A stretch of DNA of 64,000 bases. Origin: a virus. The translations under genes and the position numbers were made by a program. The notes beneath the pieces are model-generated. The model made no database searches. It saw only the letters and a list, made by a program, of their open reading frames with translations, and was not told where the DNA came from. Shown here piece after piece: positions 32,201 through 41,121 of the stretch. The stretch lies in IMG/VR virus record IMGVR_UViG_3300025120_000019; one strand, given 5' to 3'. Within the stretch, counting starts at the first letter, position 1; each line of letters begins with the position of its first letter.

Positions 32201-35200
32201 TTTCTTTTACACTATCAATAACAAAATATTCTTTACCAAATTTTAATCTATTAGCTCCAGGACTTAAAGTAATAACAGACCCTACCGCCCAATTTTGTGT
32301 AGTGTAAAACAAGAATTCTTTGATACCAAGATTAAAGTTTTCTACAGCTTCAGTATCTCGATTAAAATAATCAAACTCAAATCCTAAACTATTAAGTTTC
32401 TTTTCATATCCTTGTAAAAAGTCTACTAAGATTTGTGTAGTTTTTATAATTGTTCCGTATTCTAGTCTTGATACAGTTTCATTAAAGTTTTTTCGTATAG
32501 AGGCAGTTGCGCCTCCTATTATCGGAAGATCGGTTAGTCTACTATAAAATTTTTCTTCAAAATCATCGCCAGCTGTATGGTTTTGATTTACTCTGAAAAA
32601 ATTATTTTGAAATTTTACAATTTTACCAGATACATATTGTTTACCTTCTGTCCAAAATAAGAAGTTTTCACTCAACCCTCCAACTGTAATAGCAGGGTCA
32701 CTTTGTGCAGAAATAGGAGCATTATATTCAAACACAGGATTTTCTTTATCGTATCCACTTACCTTATAACCTTTTTCAACCCTTTCAATTATTACGCCAC
32801 TATATGAAACTGTTGTTAACGGAGAACTTTGTATTAAATTAATTTTATAATTTTCAAAAGGTACAAATACATTTCCTTTATTTGTAGGTGTTCTACTATC
32901 TAAGACTAATTTAAGTTTACTCTTATCTGCAAAACCTCCTAACTTGAAAGCAACCTTTTGTTTAAGGCCAGATAGTTTTTCAACAAAATTATTATATTGT
33001 GTTTTCACATCAGTAGACATATAGCTGTGAATATAATTTACAAATCCACAAGTAAGTATTTTATTACCAGTAGAATCTACAGTATCTGTAAATTTTAAAT
33101 TAGATAATTTTATTCTTTGTGAATTATCTCCTACATATACTAATTGTCCTGTAATATCTCTTTTAATTCTACTTCTATCAAACCCTACGCCAACAACTTG
33201 TGCAGGCTTATTAATCATAATAGCTTTTAAAATAGCAAACGGGTATTCACTACTACGTCTCCATGCAGTTTCTGTTGGTGTATGATCACCAAATCCAAAA
33301 TTTTCTCCTGACTGCACTCTAAAACTAAAATCATTTATATATCCACTATCTAGAGGACTACTTACCTTTCCGGCATGATCTACAGGTATATGTTTTGTTA
33401 AATTAGGACGTATAAATCTTTTATCTGTGATAACCTTTGTATTTGACGAACGTATAATACCTTTTTCAATATCTTCCCACATTACTAAATTATCTTTTGT
33501 GTAAGGTGCAGGACCATAATTTGTTTCCCACCAAGAAGGTTTAATTGATAAGCCAAGCATTTCCCAAGGATGTGTGTTTGGTCGGTCGGTGTCATACGCA
33601 TCTGTGTATATGCCTCGCCAAAAACCACTAAGCGAACGTTCTGTATCACTAGATGCAAATTTATAATTATAAGTAAATGGTTTAGTCTCAGTTACAAAAC
33701 TATTACTAGTATAATCTACATTTCCTGCTTTCCTTGTCCAACTTAAAAAATCCGAAATAGTAATATCATTTATATCTTGCCTACTAATTTTTGTATTTCT
33801 GAATTCACCACCGATATAATCAAAAATGTTGAAAATTTCTGGATCATAATTAACTTTTATATTATTGAAAAACCTTTTTTCTAATTCTAAAAGCAATTGA
33901 TCTCTATAATCATCATATCCAACTATTATACTTCCGTCATGTCCTCTAACCACAGTTTGTGAAGTTTCGTAAGTAGTATCAACAAATATTTCTGGCTGAT
34001 ATGCTGGAAACATTCCTAACACTGTAGGTGTTTGTGGAATATAACTGCCGTTTGTTGTTTCATATTCATAAATGTCAACTTTATCATCTACATTCAATGT
34101 AAAAGATGTTAAGAACTGCACAAATCCTTCACTTGTAAATTGATAATCTATACTGTTATATACTTGTACATCATTTACATATACATAAACAGCTTTTTCA
34201 CTAAGATTTGTTAATGTAAAAGGCATTGTTAATGCATAATATTTTAAATCTGAATCTAGTACAGTATGCTCAATTTTTTTAAAGGCACCAATACCTATCA
34301 TATCTGAATTAAAAAAAGGCATAGTAGACTTTTTATCTTTAGCAAGATGTAAAAGTATTTGGTCAACTTGTTCACGAACACTACCAGAAAGTTCTAATGT
34401 TTCGCTTGCTTGTATAAAAGCTCTTTTATATTTGCTATACTCATCTTTGGCAAAATTTATAGCAGATACTAGGTTATTTTCTTTGTTAGATATAGCAAAT
34501 AATGGAAGATTTATAGGTCCACTATGTTGTAAAAATTTCCTACCATATTTTTTAATATCGCCTAAGTCACGTATATTATTAGCACCTGGCTGATTACCAG
34601 CAAATCCCTGTAATTCAGGAACAATACTATCTAAATGATCATTTACTTCGCCAAGTGTAAATTCTTTTATATCTTCGTTTAATGGATTTCTTTCAAAATT
34701 ATGCGGAAACTCATAATGTCCATTAATATTTTTATCTGCTGTATTTGTATGAGTTTTTGTAACAATAATATCACTAGGAAGCAAATTATTATAAAATTTT
34801 ATAACTTTTTCATTATTTCTGTTAACCTCAAATGTATAATCTACATTTTCTAACTTTAGCGTATTGTTTACATATACTACAGTTTTTAAGTCAGTAATTA
34901 AACCACTTTTACTATAAACATCAATGATAAAATTATTTGTTTGGGTATCTCCTGTATATTTTCTTATGACATATTGTTTACTTAAATCCGGTGATTTGAC
35001 CCAACCGTTAGTATAATCAAATAATGTTCCTTCTGCATTATATTTTTTCAAATATCCAGTATTAGTTGTTTTATCAATAACTGCATTGCTTATTTCATAA
35101 CTAAATTTTTCTGTTAATAATCCAAAACTAAAAACAATATCACCTGTATTGTTAATATTCTTATAACTTAAAGGAAATCCAAGTTCAGGGTCGGATGCTC

Positions 35201-37049
35201 CTTCACCTACTTTATAATTAAATATTCTGTTACCAGCAAAGTCACTATTAGGATACACAACTTCATCTGAAAAACTTATTCCGTTTTCGTCAAACATATC
35301 AAATAATGGCGCTTGATTCACTCCAGTTTTATCTTGTCCTTTTGTCCACACTGAACCATTATACCAATACGTACATCCTGCATTTTTTGTACCTTGTGTA
35401 ACTAATATTACTTCATTATCCAAAGGCATTGTATCTGTTGTTTCAACTAATGTAATTTGACTATTGCCATTGTATATAATAAATTTTACTTGAAATACTT
35501 TACCATATACCATAGTATCAGTATCATTTAAGAATACTACTCTCATACCATCTGCAAGTTCAACACTATCAATACTGTATCCAGGTTGTCCTTCTATTTT
35601 TGATCTTACATCATTTGTATATTCGTCAATTAAATCAATATTATCTTTTGCCTTAGTTCCATTATTAAATAACTTTAAACCTCTATCAAATTCAATAATC
35701 GGACGCTTACCTCTAGATGATTCATTTAGATCAAAAGATTGATTGTTTAATTCAGCACTTTTAGTAATTACATCTTTGTGAAACCACCTGTTGTATCTTG
35801 CCCATGGATTTCTATCTCCGCTTGATTTATTGGCAACAATATAGTCTTTTGTTCCTGCATAACTTTTTGCATCACTAAAAGGAACTCTATCAAATCCATT
35901 TACATCAAACGGTACTTTAACATCTGAAGTAAAAGTTGAAGGAACTTGTAGGTCGTTTGCACTAACAAGTTTAATTTCATCTCCAACTCCTTCTACATAC
36001 CAAGAACCAACTGCATATTTTGCAGGAATAACGCTCCCTGAAAAATATATTTTCATTCCGTTTGAAAGATCCCAACCATCACTTGTTTTGTATGTTTTTT
36101 TGCCTAAAATTTCATTATCAATATCTATACTTGTATTTTCTTCTATATCATAAATTTTTAGTCTAGAACTAATATTTAAATCATATTGACTTATAAAATA
36201 TAAAGTATTAGGAGCATTTGCAGGAATAGTAAATTCTAGTATTCCTGATTCTATATAACCAGTGTTTACAAAACTGGATTGATTTAATAATGTATCATCT
36301 GAATTAGGTGTAAGTGTTACTCCTTCAGTATACAGTTGATTGATTACTGTACTATCATCTAATCTTTCGTTAGGATCTGCTCCTCTATATAAAGCAACCG
36401 ATAACGGATTTCCAGGAGAAGTTATGTCAAACCTATAAGTTTGTCCTCTATATAATCTTAAGTCAGGATTTTTTGTTAATCCATTTGGATGGAATAATAA
36501 AGATATAGCATTTGCTTCTTCGATAGTTTCAAGACGGTAAGTGCTTACAACCTGATTAGTTTGTCCTCTTACAGCTACGTCCTGTGGACCATCCGGTAAC
36601 CAGTAGTATTCTCTAAAATTACAAAATTTACATAAGTCTATGCTTGGGTTCCAAGAGTAAAATTCTTGCTCATTTGTTTTACTATGATTTTTTACATTTG
36701 CATTGTATGTTTTTAACAAACCTGTATAGTCATTATAATCAGAATAATATCTTGTGTTACCAATAAAATCTTCATATAAACTTACTGGTTCAAATTGATA
36801 ATCTTGACGCTCTTTAGAAACGTCTTCTAGGTAATTGTCATCTAACGTGACAGCTTTTGCTTCACGCTTTCCAACATATCCATTTACTTTTTCAATTACA
36901 CCTGGATTGGTAAACTGGTCCAAAGTACTTGATAAAAATTTCTTATTTTGTGGGGTCCTAAAATATCTAGGAAGTTGATCAACACTAGTTCTTCTTGTTT
37001 TTCCACCAGCTGGTAATGGTGCTTCGCTTTGATTATCATCGTATGACAT
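23280..37049 (-). CDS. Giant (4589 aa) baseplate wedge/receptor-binding structural protein, gp7-like position
   Basis: Follows the gp6-like gene; N-terminal LPRYFRT..NKKFL..TLDQF; beta-propeller-like and carbohydrate-binding-like repeats. Confidence 0.75.
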   Translation of the reverse strand: MSYDDNQSEAPLPAGGKTRRTSVDQLPRYFRTPQNKKFLSSTLDQFTNPGVIEKVNGYVGKREAKAVTLDDNYLEDVSKERQDYQFEPVSLYEDFIGNTRYYSDYNDYTGLLKTYNANVKNHSKTNEQEFYSWNPSIDLCKFCNFREYYWLPDGPQDVAVRGQTNQVVSTYRLETIEEANAISLLFHPNGLTKNPDLRLYRGQTYRFDITSPGNPLSVALYRGADPNERLDDSTVINQLYTEGVTLTPNSDDTLLNQSSFVNTGYIESGILEFTIPANAPNTLYFISQYDLNISSRLKIYDIEENTSIDIDNEILGKKTYKTSDGWDLSNGMKIYFSGSVIPAKYAVGSWYVEGVGDEIKLVSANDLQVPSTFTSDVKVPFDVNGFDRVPFSDAKSYAGTKDYIVANKSSGDRNPWARYNRWFHKDVITKSAELNNQSFDLNESSRGKRPIIEFDRGLKLFNNGTKAKDNIDLIDEYTNDVRSKIEGQPGYSIDSVELADGMRVVFLNDTDTMVYGKVFQVKFIIYNGNSQITLVETTDTMPLDNEVILVTQGTKNAGCTYWYNGSVWTKGQDKTGVNQAPLFDMFDENGISFSDEVVYPNSDFAGNRIFNYKVGEGASDPELGFPLSYKNINNTGDIVFSFGLLTEKFSYEISNAVIDKTTNTGYLKKYNAEGTLFDYTNGWVKSPDLSKQYVIRKYTGDTQTNNFIIDVYSKSGLITDLKTVVYVNNTLKLENVDYTFEVNRNNEKVIKFYNNLLPSDIIVTKTHTNTADKNINGHYEFPHNFERNPLNEDIKEFTLGEVNDHLDSIVPELQGFAGNQPGANNIRDLGDIKKYGRKFLQHSGPINLPLFAISNKENNLVSAINFAKDEYSKYKRAFIQASETLELSGSVREQVDQILLHLAKDKKSTMPFFNSDMIGIGAFKKIEHTVLDSDLKYYALTMPFTLTNLSEKAVYVYVNDVQVYNSIDYQFTSEGFVQFLTSFTLNVDDKVDIYEYETTNGSYIPQTPTVLGMFPAYQPEIFVDTTYETSQTVVRGHDGSIIVGYDDYRDQLLLELEKRFFNNIKVNYDPEIFNIFDYIGGEFRNTKISRQDINDITISDFLSWTRKAGNVDYTSNSFVTETKPFTYNYKFASSDTERSLSGFWRGIYTDAYDTDRPNTHPWEMLGLSIKPSWWETNYGPAPYTKDNLVMWEDIEKGIIRSSNTKVITDKRFIRPNLTKHIPVDHAGKVSSPLDSGYINDFSFRVQSGENFGFGDHTPTETAWRRSSEYPFAILKAIMINKPAQVVGVGFDRSRIKRDITGQLVYVGDNSQRIKLSNLKFTDTVDSTGNKILTCGFVNYIHSYMSTDVKTQYNNFVEKLSGLKQKVAFKLGGFADKSKLKLVLDSRTPTNKGNVFVPFENYKINLIQSSPLTTVSYSGVIIERVEKGYKVSGYDKENPVFEYNAPISAQSDPAITVGGLSENFLFWTEGKQYVSGKIVKFQNNFFRVNQNHTAGDDFEEKFYSRLTDLPIIGGATASIRKNFNETVSRLEYGTIIKTTQILVDFLQGYEKKLNSLGFEFDYFNRDTEAVENFNLGIKEFLFYTTQNWAVGSVITLSPGANRLKFGKEYFVIDSVKENIFGYKTLNVAGTAIKDVSLNINRDVSNSVELFPKDDQGLYFAKLGLVQKDHAVILDNSTVFNDTIYNPASGYRQERINVVGYRTNNWNGNLDIPGFIYDEAIINEWQQWQDYGLGDIVKYKEYYYSANGFLIGTNTFNATNWNRLDSKPESGLKTNFDYKANQFADFYDLDTDNFDTEQQRLAQHLIGYQKREYLNNIIPDEISQYKFYQGFIKDKGTLNSLTKLFDKLGSANKDSIEFYEEWAIRKAQYGATNVFDELEYQLDEKEFRIEPQIIELVNTKNESRTDLVYQYTTPNVYIKPNNYTTKPFPSTWSTKEYSKTAGYVSLDQVNFLVKTPADILSLDITNVPIDNFLWVTSEKNSWNIYQHVKTSNRVLLYTKTDTGFDLTFDSTPEIAVGETFGVQFVEPSLDGFYTVNTITENVVNVIADITTADQSLDLGDSTTGIITKLLSKRYNTPELVNADINEYGLRENDTIWIDNVANNKFGVFRNKKIVTGKQEITNQLEGDGKFASSFDSNDANSIVAVGRPEDEKVFIFNRASESSQLSAVQTIELPAGFHGSSSGFGQKIKFAHDGQFLFISAPLASLVKTRYRGEIGSVTGQIFKDDIVSDRGNLWKSLRETDDDSSTIHTDSQDWEQIYKIPADADGSASSLSNQGIVYVYQKQLDATFVLLEQFISSNPTADEKFGIGLETAFSTDEKYQVFVRSEGNNGRIYIYDTIYLNKEFKGTQDSEYRGEYNTIYSYRINEIVFYDGVLYKAKVNIVPGGADPTDGNAWKTTDIGIDRFGYLPYSAGILDGDTDSTAFNNTIDAGKNIDVSSNGEVLAFTAYNNTSQEFQVYVYRKQEGRYAFYEILTTPQVDMLWGDSLALSDDGNYIAVGANLADVADSSETGIDQGVVFIYKYNTTTLAFENTQLLVAPNSSVNERFGYKVDFAGNKLCVIGINGKNIDATTFDNSATVFDNKTTTLTNISNRRPQAYTFELLNDRYTVSEVVNYESYATDDFGNTITRDLSTAVDVELVYTNNHLYLGFIGLQTSNTRNGLLFDLRADRDTVNWTTLASATDFTNYDKMRGSFIYDKVTSDLITYLDFIDPIQGKIANAAERELDFKLYYDPAVYNIGSTNTGTVNPWGDEKVGKLLWDLSAVKWYNPYQKNSEYSANVWNKVIPGYSVDIYEWVESKLLPEQWDDIADTTEGLSQGISGKSRYGNLRYTRQNIYDAITGQFSAKYYYWVKNTKVLPPLANRNITASSVASLIEDPASNGYKFLAMFGTDNFGIYNCRSLIRDKDTILHFEYYNTVEVKENNLHREYDLLTEGLETSQPSNTLIKKWIDSLVGYDENKTPVPDPGVSSARRYGILDEPLQTMFVNRAEALKQIIERINLVLAGNLIVDEYNISGLSKKDPVPSAVSRDYDTSIDTESLLRFIGTSKISQATLGITITDGRVTDVNITSAGRGYIDPAFNSANDTKRRGPKVTIQGTGTGAEIETYVNNLGQVIEAVVVNQGKNYSQSTVVTVRPFTALVKADSTLLGFWATYIWNTTDKAWVRVNNQGYDAGLYWNYKDWYKSGYSENTAIDYLVPGSYALGGLKDQLGDIVKVESIGSGGWLLLYKIDNQPEVDYTVNYQTIGRQNGTLELSSLLYNNSKFGFDKAVYDSALYDRDAGQEIRILLNTIKDNIFVDTLLVEWNKLFFSSVRYILSEQLNVDWIFKTAFIKAKHNVGELQQKVTFKNDNLESYTEYVNEVKPYSTKIREYLSSYEKIEPTQTVISDFDLPPRYDEVQGKIIPENAQVINSEIKNYSSFVTTYPQRNWFDNVGFEVTDIKITQGGSGWESSPTVTVSGGGGPTATGTATISGDKVTGIIFNGAGKKYITSPTITFSGTKKDQDAYGVASTDSKAVAILGNSPVRSTHMIIRFDRVSGTYQVTDLNVTTSFTGTGSQILFNVKWPMSVKPADIEITVNSVEQLSSDYVVSNILDTTATYEKYYGQITFTTAPSKNAVISVKYKKDIEYLNAEDRINFFYSPTTGQYGKDLAQLMDGVDYGGVQIDTVSFGANIGFNRGKFGTDAFDDFDANFEDEVFILDGSTANITVSKPFEPGITYNIYYKSITAGVNENPTRLDDPDWVGDSSTFSNPDAIMRSIVGDGITDSFALDVTGINTTDGDTIIVRKSTSDGAVTPTGVTFDTQLTGGDLTNIAGKFSTATGIASGNIVVDGDGFVTPTTSKGPEENVPGQILDTLDIQVYERVNDGQGMITVQNFTTDGTGAEYPLEELPANQDSVIVKLDNIVLSPSQYEIDYIEKILRISDSSLLPVGIHLSVMTIGTNGTNILDSDTFTADGVSKNFITYYQYVSGLTAVVAVNGVVTTNFIISVSGSEYGEDADKVMITLGDTPKANSIITYTLYTGTGQQYSQLAIDTTFSRFVSTNKSHTFGANGAVPLPFNKKPYSHNVLVKKGNTFLDAGYSILHTITQERVYELDNWQFVDQTLIMQSDVLVYINDQYVNPKNYVYDTINGRLSLTSRSVGVAGDKMRVILIDKADYFFVDTKVTLSNAATLVDYEPLDSINFTLNDSTNVVCTIQEFTKVGSDVTILLQGYERDLVLLAEKDDTPTLYFDDSTAFKIDSVTVVESNRLSLKEIPNEDVTIYVFSNHDINEFERLSYRVSYDGTNAPEGSADYLTKNLVSQGHIPLNKEIPGANYAWVFLNGKFLTSQVDYTLSEDGKTVLLSEAPLKNDQIEILYSCATVSKKKFAYRIFKDILNRYHYKRITSAKEYELQSNINWYDLNIVLKDATGLDEPNRESSLPGIIFINGERIEYFAKNNNVLSQLQRGTLGTGVPEVHLTTARVYNQGGSETIPYQDTTYTQTFTGDNSSSTFVLNWTPANINQFDVFVAGSRLIKSSYSLYNSTLDQDSPGGDETISADFSVQNNILTLKTTPGEGVEIKVIRKEGKVWNDKGKSISDSKNTISKFLTDGSIKLTR

Positions 37050-40000
37050 TAGTAACCATAGCCTCCGCCGCTTGATCCACTTGATCCACTTGATCCACTT
37101 GATCCGCTTGATCCTGAACTACTGCTCGAACTACTACTTGAAGAACTTGATGTTCCTGTTGTATAAGCAGTTGAGGCAGTTGAAGAACTTTGTATTCCTA
37201 CATTTAATATATCATCACTTGTTACCACACGTCCGGAAGCTTTTAATCTTGATTCTGTAAGTGAATCAATAATTTGCACATCGTCTACTGAAGCACTACT
37301 AATTAAGACTTCGTCATTTTCGCTTTTTATTTCATACAAACTACCAAAGCTTTGTGTTTCTTGTTTTGGTACTAGCACAATACTAACTAAATCTGGTGAT
37401 AGCCTGTTAATAATATAAGTAGATAATTCACTGAAGTAAAAAGTTTCTCCAAAGTCCCAATTTTCAAGTGCAAAGTATTCGTTCACAGCATCAATGACTC
37501 GACTTTTAATATCATTATCATTTACTACTCTTTCTGCATTTTTTACAACTTTAATTGTAGCTTGTAAATCTACATCGCTTTTACTACCAAAAATTGGTTT
37601 GTATCTTACAGGATGATATATCACATCATCACTTATACTTTTTATAGCAGAAACATTTGTATTATAATCTAAAAATAGCCGATCGCTACTTGGAGGAAGA
37701 GGCAAGGTTGATATATTTCCTTTTAAATAATCTCTATATGAATTATCATAAGATTTTGTCAAAAGGTATACATCTATAATATTACTACTACTTGGGTCAA
37801 TCCTAGCTTGTTCATCAGCGGCATGACTATATTCAAACTTAATATTTTTTCTACCTGTATATGCAAGATAATCTGATGTAAATTGTAGAGCATTTGCTGT
37901 TTTATTATAACGCAAAAATACGTTACGGTCAATTAAGTAGAATACATCCTTATCATTATATTGACTTAATGCTCCTACTGCGCCTTGACTTGATTTTGTG
38001 TAAATTGGTTCTAATCCAGCATCTACATAATTAAAAGTTTCTGTTTTATTAATTGTAGACTTCTTTTGAAAAATATATTTTGTAGATGAATTTGTTTTTG
38101 GTGCAACAATATGTTCAAATAAATCAGGATCATCTACAACACCGTCGTTGTCAGCATCGTTAAAAGAAACTTCAATCTTTTTGCTGTTAATATAACCCGA
38201 ATCATTTTTAAATTCGCTTGTAATTTTCCATGGCCAATCAACTGTAAAAGGTGTAAGCTCATCTGGTTTAAGATTAATGCTTAAAACTTTTATAATATCT
38301 TCTACAACTTTTCCAGTTTTTGTGTTATAAATTTTGTTAGTGCTATCAAAGAAAAACCTTAATTGATCAGTACTCTCAAAGATATACCTTAACCCTCTAG
38401 CAGTAATTGTATATTTTTGGCCATCAGTTTCAAAAAGCAATAGCCAGCTTGCATCACTTTGTGTATTTGTGGAATCGCCTGTCTTTCCAAGACTAAAAGA
38501 ATTTATTGTATCAAGATTGTTAGATAACACTACTCTCCATTGGCTATTTTCAAAATCATATCTCAAACCAAATGTTTTAAAAGCAAATGCTTGATCTATA
38601 ATTTGTGTTTTTACTGCATCTAAAATACTTTTATCTAGTACAGGTATAATTTCAGATAGTACTGCTGTAGTTGGAATATTATCATTTAAAATTATTGGTC
38701 CTAATCCAGTATCAGCATCAACTACTGTGCCGTTTTCTACTACCGAAACTACTTTTACCCATTTGTATGTTACTGAAAAAGGATGGTCTGCATCTCCGGC
38801 CATTAGCCCATGAGCTTCATTTGACATAAAATGTTGTCCAGTCGGTGCTTCAAATTTTAACAATGCACCCGGCGTAACAAATCTCATTATACTTTTTGTA
38901 AAACTAGATACTGCAACTTTAGTGCCTGATAATTCTGTGAAGTAACCTGTAGCTCTATTTGTATCTAAAGATTCTGTATTCCATGCAATGTTTAATGCTT
39001 TTACAGTAGTATTTCTTGGAAAGTTTGTATAATAATAATTTAAAAGTTTTGTATCTTTAATAGTAGGAATGATTGTATTGTTTATTGCACTTTCTATGTC
39101 GTTTCTAGTTACAAAATCAAAACTATATTTGCTATCAATGTCTTCTTGATATAATATTCCATCATCGCTGTACAATAGTGTATTACTATATTTTCCACTA
39201 GCATCTCGTAAATCAAAATATCTACTAATGCCACTGCTGGTTCTATTCACTGCTTTGGTTTTAACTATGTTTTGATTTATACCAAGAGTACCAACATTAT
39301 AGTCTTCTCCTGTAATTAATCTATTTTGTGTGTAATATGTAGATGGTGCATTAGTTTTAATTGACGCATTACTTTCACTCTCTGCACTATTTTCTACAAC
39401 TGATTTAAGCTCCATTACAAGTGTTAATGTTTCATTTTTTCCTGCGGCACTTGTATATGGAATACTTATTGTTATACCTGTTAAATCTGTTGGTACTACT
39501 TTAAAATTTCTATTGTTACTTGTTCTATAATATGCTTTAAAATTACCTTTTGGTAATGTGCCAAATGTGCCGTCTGAAAAAATTAAACTTACTCTATCTT
39601 GTATGCGACTAAGGACACCGTATATGTTTCTAATTTTTTTGCTTACACTATTATAGATTATATTATTACCTTCAATATTATCTACCTTAGTCCATAGTTC
39701 AGTTTCTTGATTATTACTATCTAATTTGTAAAGCCAAACATCATCATTGTTAACATTATCTGTATCAATATTAACAGTAGTGTTAGGTGTTGGATTGTTA
39801 ATTTGAAAAGTATTATTTTCTAATTTGCCTTGCCGAAAATGCATAAAGAATCCGCTATTGTTTGATCCAGATCCTTGTCCGTCGTCTCTATATAAAAATG
39901 CAAGTCTGTTTCCGGGTAATGGTTCTTCTTCGTATATAGACTTGCTATCTATAGTTGTACTGACTATTTCAAAATTAGTTGTAAGATTATCAATAGTTTT

Positions 40001-40609
40001 AGTAAAGCTATAAATTGGCAAAGTACTCGAAGATACAGAGTTTAATCTATATTGTTCTGTAATAACACTATCTATTGTTTCGTTTTTAATACTTTTGCCA
40101 AATTTGTTATCTGCTGGCAGGGCAGAGTTAATAATTTTTATGAACTGTTCATACCAATCAGCATTTGTACCGTCATTCCAAATAACTGTTTGTCCATTTA
40201 AGTTTGTTCCATTACTATCAAAGATATCTTCTGAAGTGGATATACTTTCTATTTTTAAAAGTCCGTTTGCAGGTTGATTTCTTTTGGAATTGTAACTTAC
40301 TAATCTAGCCAAACGGAGTACACTTTCTCTACGTTCTGCTGTTTCTAAATAATTCTCTCTAGCATTTAAGTCTGATCTGAATGCAAGGTTTTGTCCTAAA
40401 AAAGCAATAAGATCTATTAATGCTATATATTCACTACTCTCAATGTAGTCATTAAAATCTTCTGGATAATTTTGTCGAATATAGTTTATCATAGTGCGTC
40501 TTAGATTATCAAAGTCGTAACTTTGGAAATCCGCATACTTAAAACTTTGATAAACTTTTTTCCAATCTTCTGCCAAAAGAAGTCTGTTTTGACGCTCTGT
40601 ACTAGCCAT
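37049..40609 (-). CDS. Baseplate wedge subunit, T4 gp6-like
   Basis: YDFDNLRRTMINYIR..YPEDFNDY.ESS...LIDLIAF...DLNARENYLETAERRESVLRLARLVSY; FSDGTFG; TQNRLITGEDY. Confidence 0.88.
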   Translation of the reverse strand: MASTERQNRLLLAEDWKKVYQSFKYADFQSYDFDNLRRTMINYIRQNYPEDFNDYIESSEYIALIDLIAFLGQNLAFRSDLNARENYLETAERRESVLRLARLVSYNSKRNQPANGLLKIESISTSEDIFDSNGTNLNGQTVIWNDGTNADWYEQFIKIINSALPADNKFGKSIKNETIDSVITEQYRLNSVSSSTLPIYSFTKTIDNLTTNFEIVSTTIDSKSIYEEEPLPGNRLAFLYRDDGQGSGSNNSGFFMHFRQGKLENNTFQINNPTPNTTVNIDTDNVNNDDVWLYKLDSNNQETELWTKVDNIEGNNIIYNSVSKKIRNIYGVLSRIQDRVSLIFSDGTFGTLPKGNFKAYYRTSNNRNFKVVPTDLTGITISIPYTSAAGKNETLTLVMELKSVVENSAESESNASIKTNAPSTYYTQNRLITGEDYNVGTLGINQNIVKTKAVNRTSSGISRYFDLRDASGKYSNTLLYSDDGILYQEDIDSKYSFDFVTRNDIESAINNTIIPTIKDTKLLNYYYTNFPRNTTVKALNIAWNTESLDTNRATGYFTELSGTKVAVSSFTKSIMRFVTPGALLKFEAPTGQHFMSNEAHGLMAGDADHPFSVTYKWVKVVSVVENGTVVDADTGLGPIILNDNIPTTAVLSEIIPVLDKSILDAVKTQIIDQAFAFKTFGLRYDFENSQWRVVLSNNLDTINSFSLGKTGDSTNTQSDASWLLLFETDGQKYTITARGLRYIFESTDQLRFFFDSTNKIYNTKTGKVVEDIIKVLSINLKPDELTPFTVDWPWKITSEFKNDSGYINSKKIEVSFNDADNDGVVDDPDLFEHIVAPKTNSSTKYIFQKKSTINKTETFNYVDAGLEPIYTKSSQGAVGALSQYNDKDVFYLIDRNVFLRYNKTANALQFTSDYLAYTGRKNIKFEYSHAADEQARIDPSSSNIIDVYLLTKSYDNSYRDYLKGNISTLPLPPSSDRLFLDYNTNVSAIKSISDDVIYHPVRYKPIFGSKSDVDLQATIKVVKNAERVVNDNDIKSRVIDAVNEYFALENWDFGETFYFSELSTYIINRLSPDLVSIVLVPKQETQSFGSLYEIKSENDEVLISSASVDDVQIIDSLTESRLKASGRVVTSDDILNVGIQSSSTASTAYTTGTSSSSSSSSSSSSGSSGSSGSSGSSGSSGGGYGY
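37071..37115. repeat. 5 x 9-bp tandem repeat (CTTGATCC[A/G/T]) encoding the (GSS)n tail of the gp6-like protein
   Basis: cttgatcca x3, cttgatccg, cttgatcct. Confidence 0.9.
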
Positions 40610-40632
40610 TCTTCGTTCCTCGATTTATATAA

Positions 40633-40638
40633 TATTTA
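40633..40638 (-). promoter_or_regulatory. Late promoter box
   Basis: CTAAATA on the minus strand upstream of the GAGGA SD of the gp6-like gene. Confidence 0.5.
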
Positions 40639-40660
40639 GCTGAAAAATAAAGTACGCATA

Positions 40661-41104
40661 TTAAATAAGGCCTGAATTTTGATCAAACGTTAACCGCATA
40701 CGTTCCGAAATATTGTAAGGCAAATAAGTTAAGTCACATTCAATTTGAATTCCGTTTTCAAATGCTTCAATGGTAACTTTGTTAACACCGACTCTAGGAT
40801 CATAATTAATTATATCTGTTACATTTTTAATAATTGCTTCTTGCAATGAATCCGTAAGTGGTTCAAATAATACGTCCCAGATAATTGTTCCAAAAGTAGG
40901 ATTTTCTAATTTTTCGCCTTGTCTTATATGAAAATAATTTATTATATCTTGTTTTATAAGTTGTAAATCATATTTTGTAAAATTTCCAGTTGTTTGATCA
41001 ACTGTGCTTATACCCCTATATTTTTTTGAAGTTATAGGATTTTCTTGCTTACTTCCAGCACTTACAGATATATTTTTATAAAGTTGTTTTTCATTTGCAG
41101 ACAT
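40661..41104 (-). CDS. Baseplate wedge subunit, gp25-like
   Basis: LIKQDIIN.FHIRQGEKLENPTFGT.IWDVLFEP...YDPRV. Confidence 0.9.
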   Translation of the reverse strand: MSANEKQLYKNISVSAGSKQENPITSKKYRGISTVDQTTGNFTKYDLQLIKQDIINYFHIRQGEKLENPTFGTIIWDVLFEPLTDSLQEAIIKNVTDIINYDPRVGVNKVTIEAFENGIQIECDLTYLPYNISERMRLTFDQNSGLI

Positions 41105-41108
41105 ATTG

Positions 41109-41114
41109 TATTTA
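41109..41114 (-). promoter_or_regulatory. Late promoter box 4 nt before the gp25-like ATG
   Basis: AATAAATA-CAAT-ATG on the minus strand, no SD. Confidence 0.55.
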
Positions 41115-41121
41115 TTTTTCT

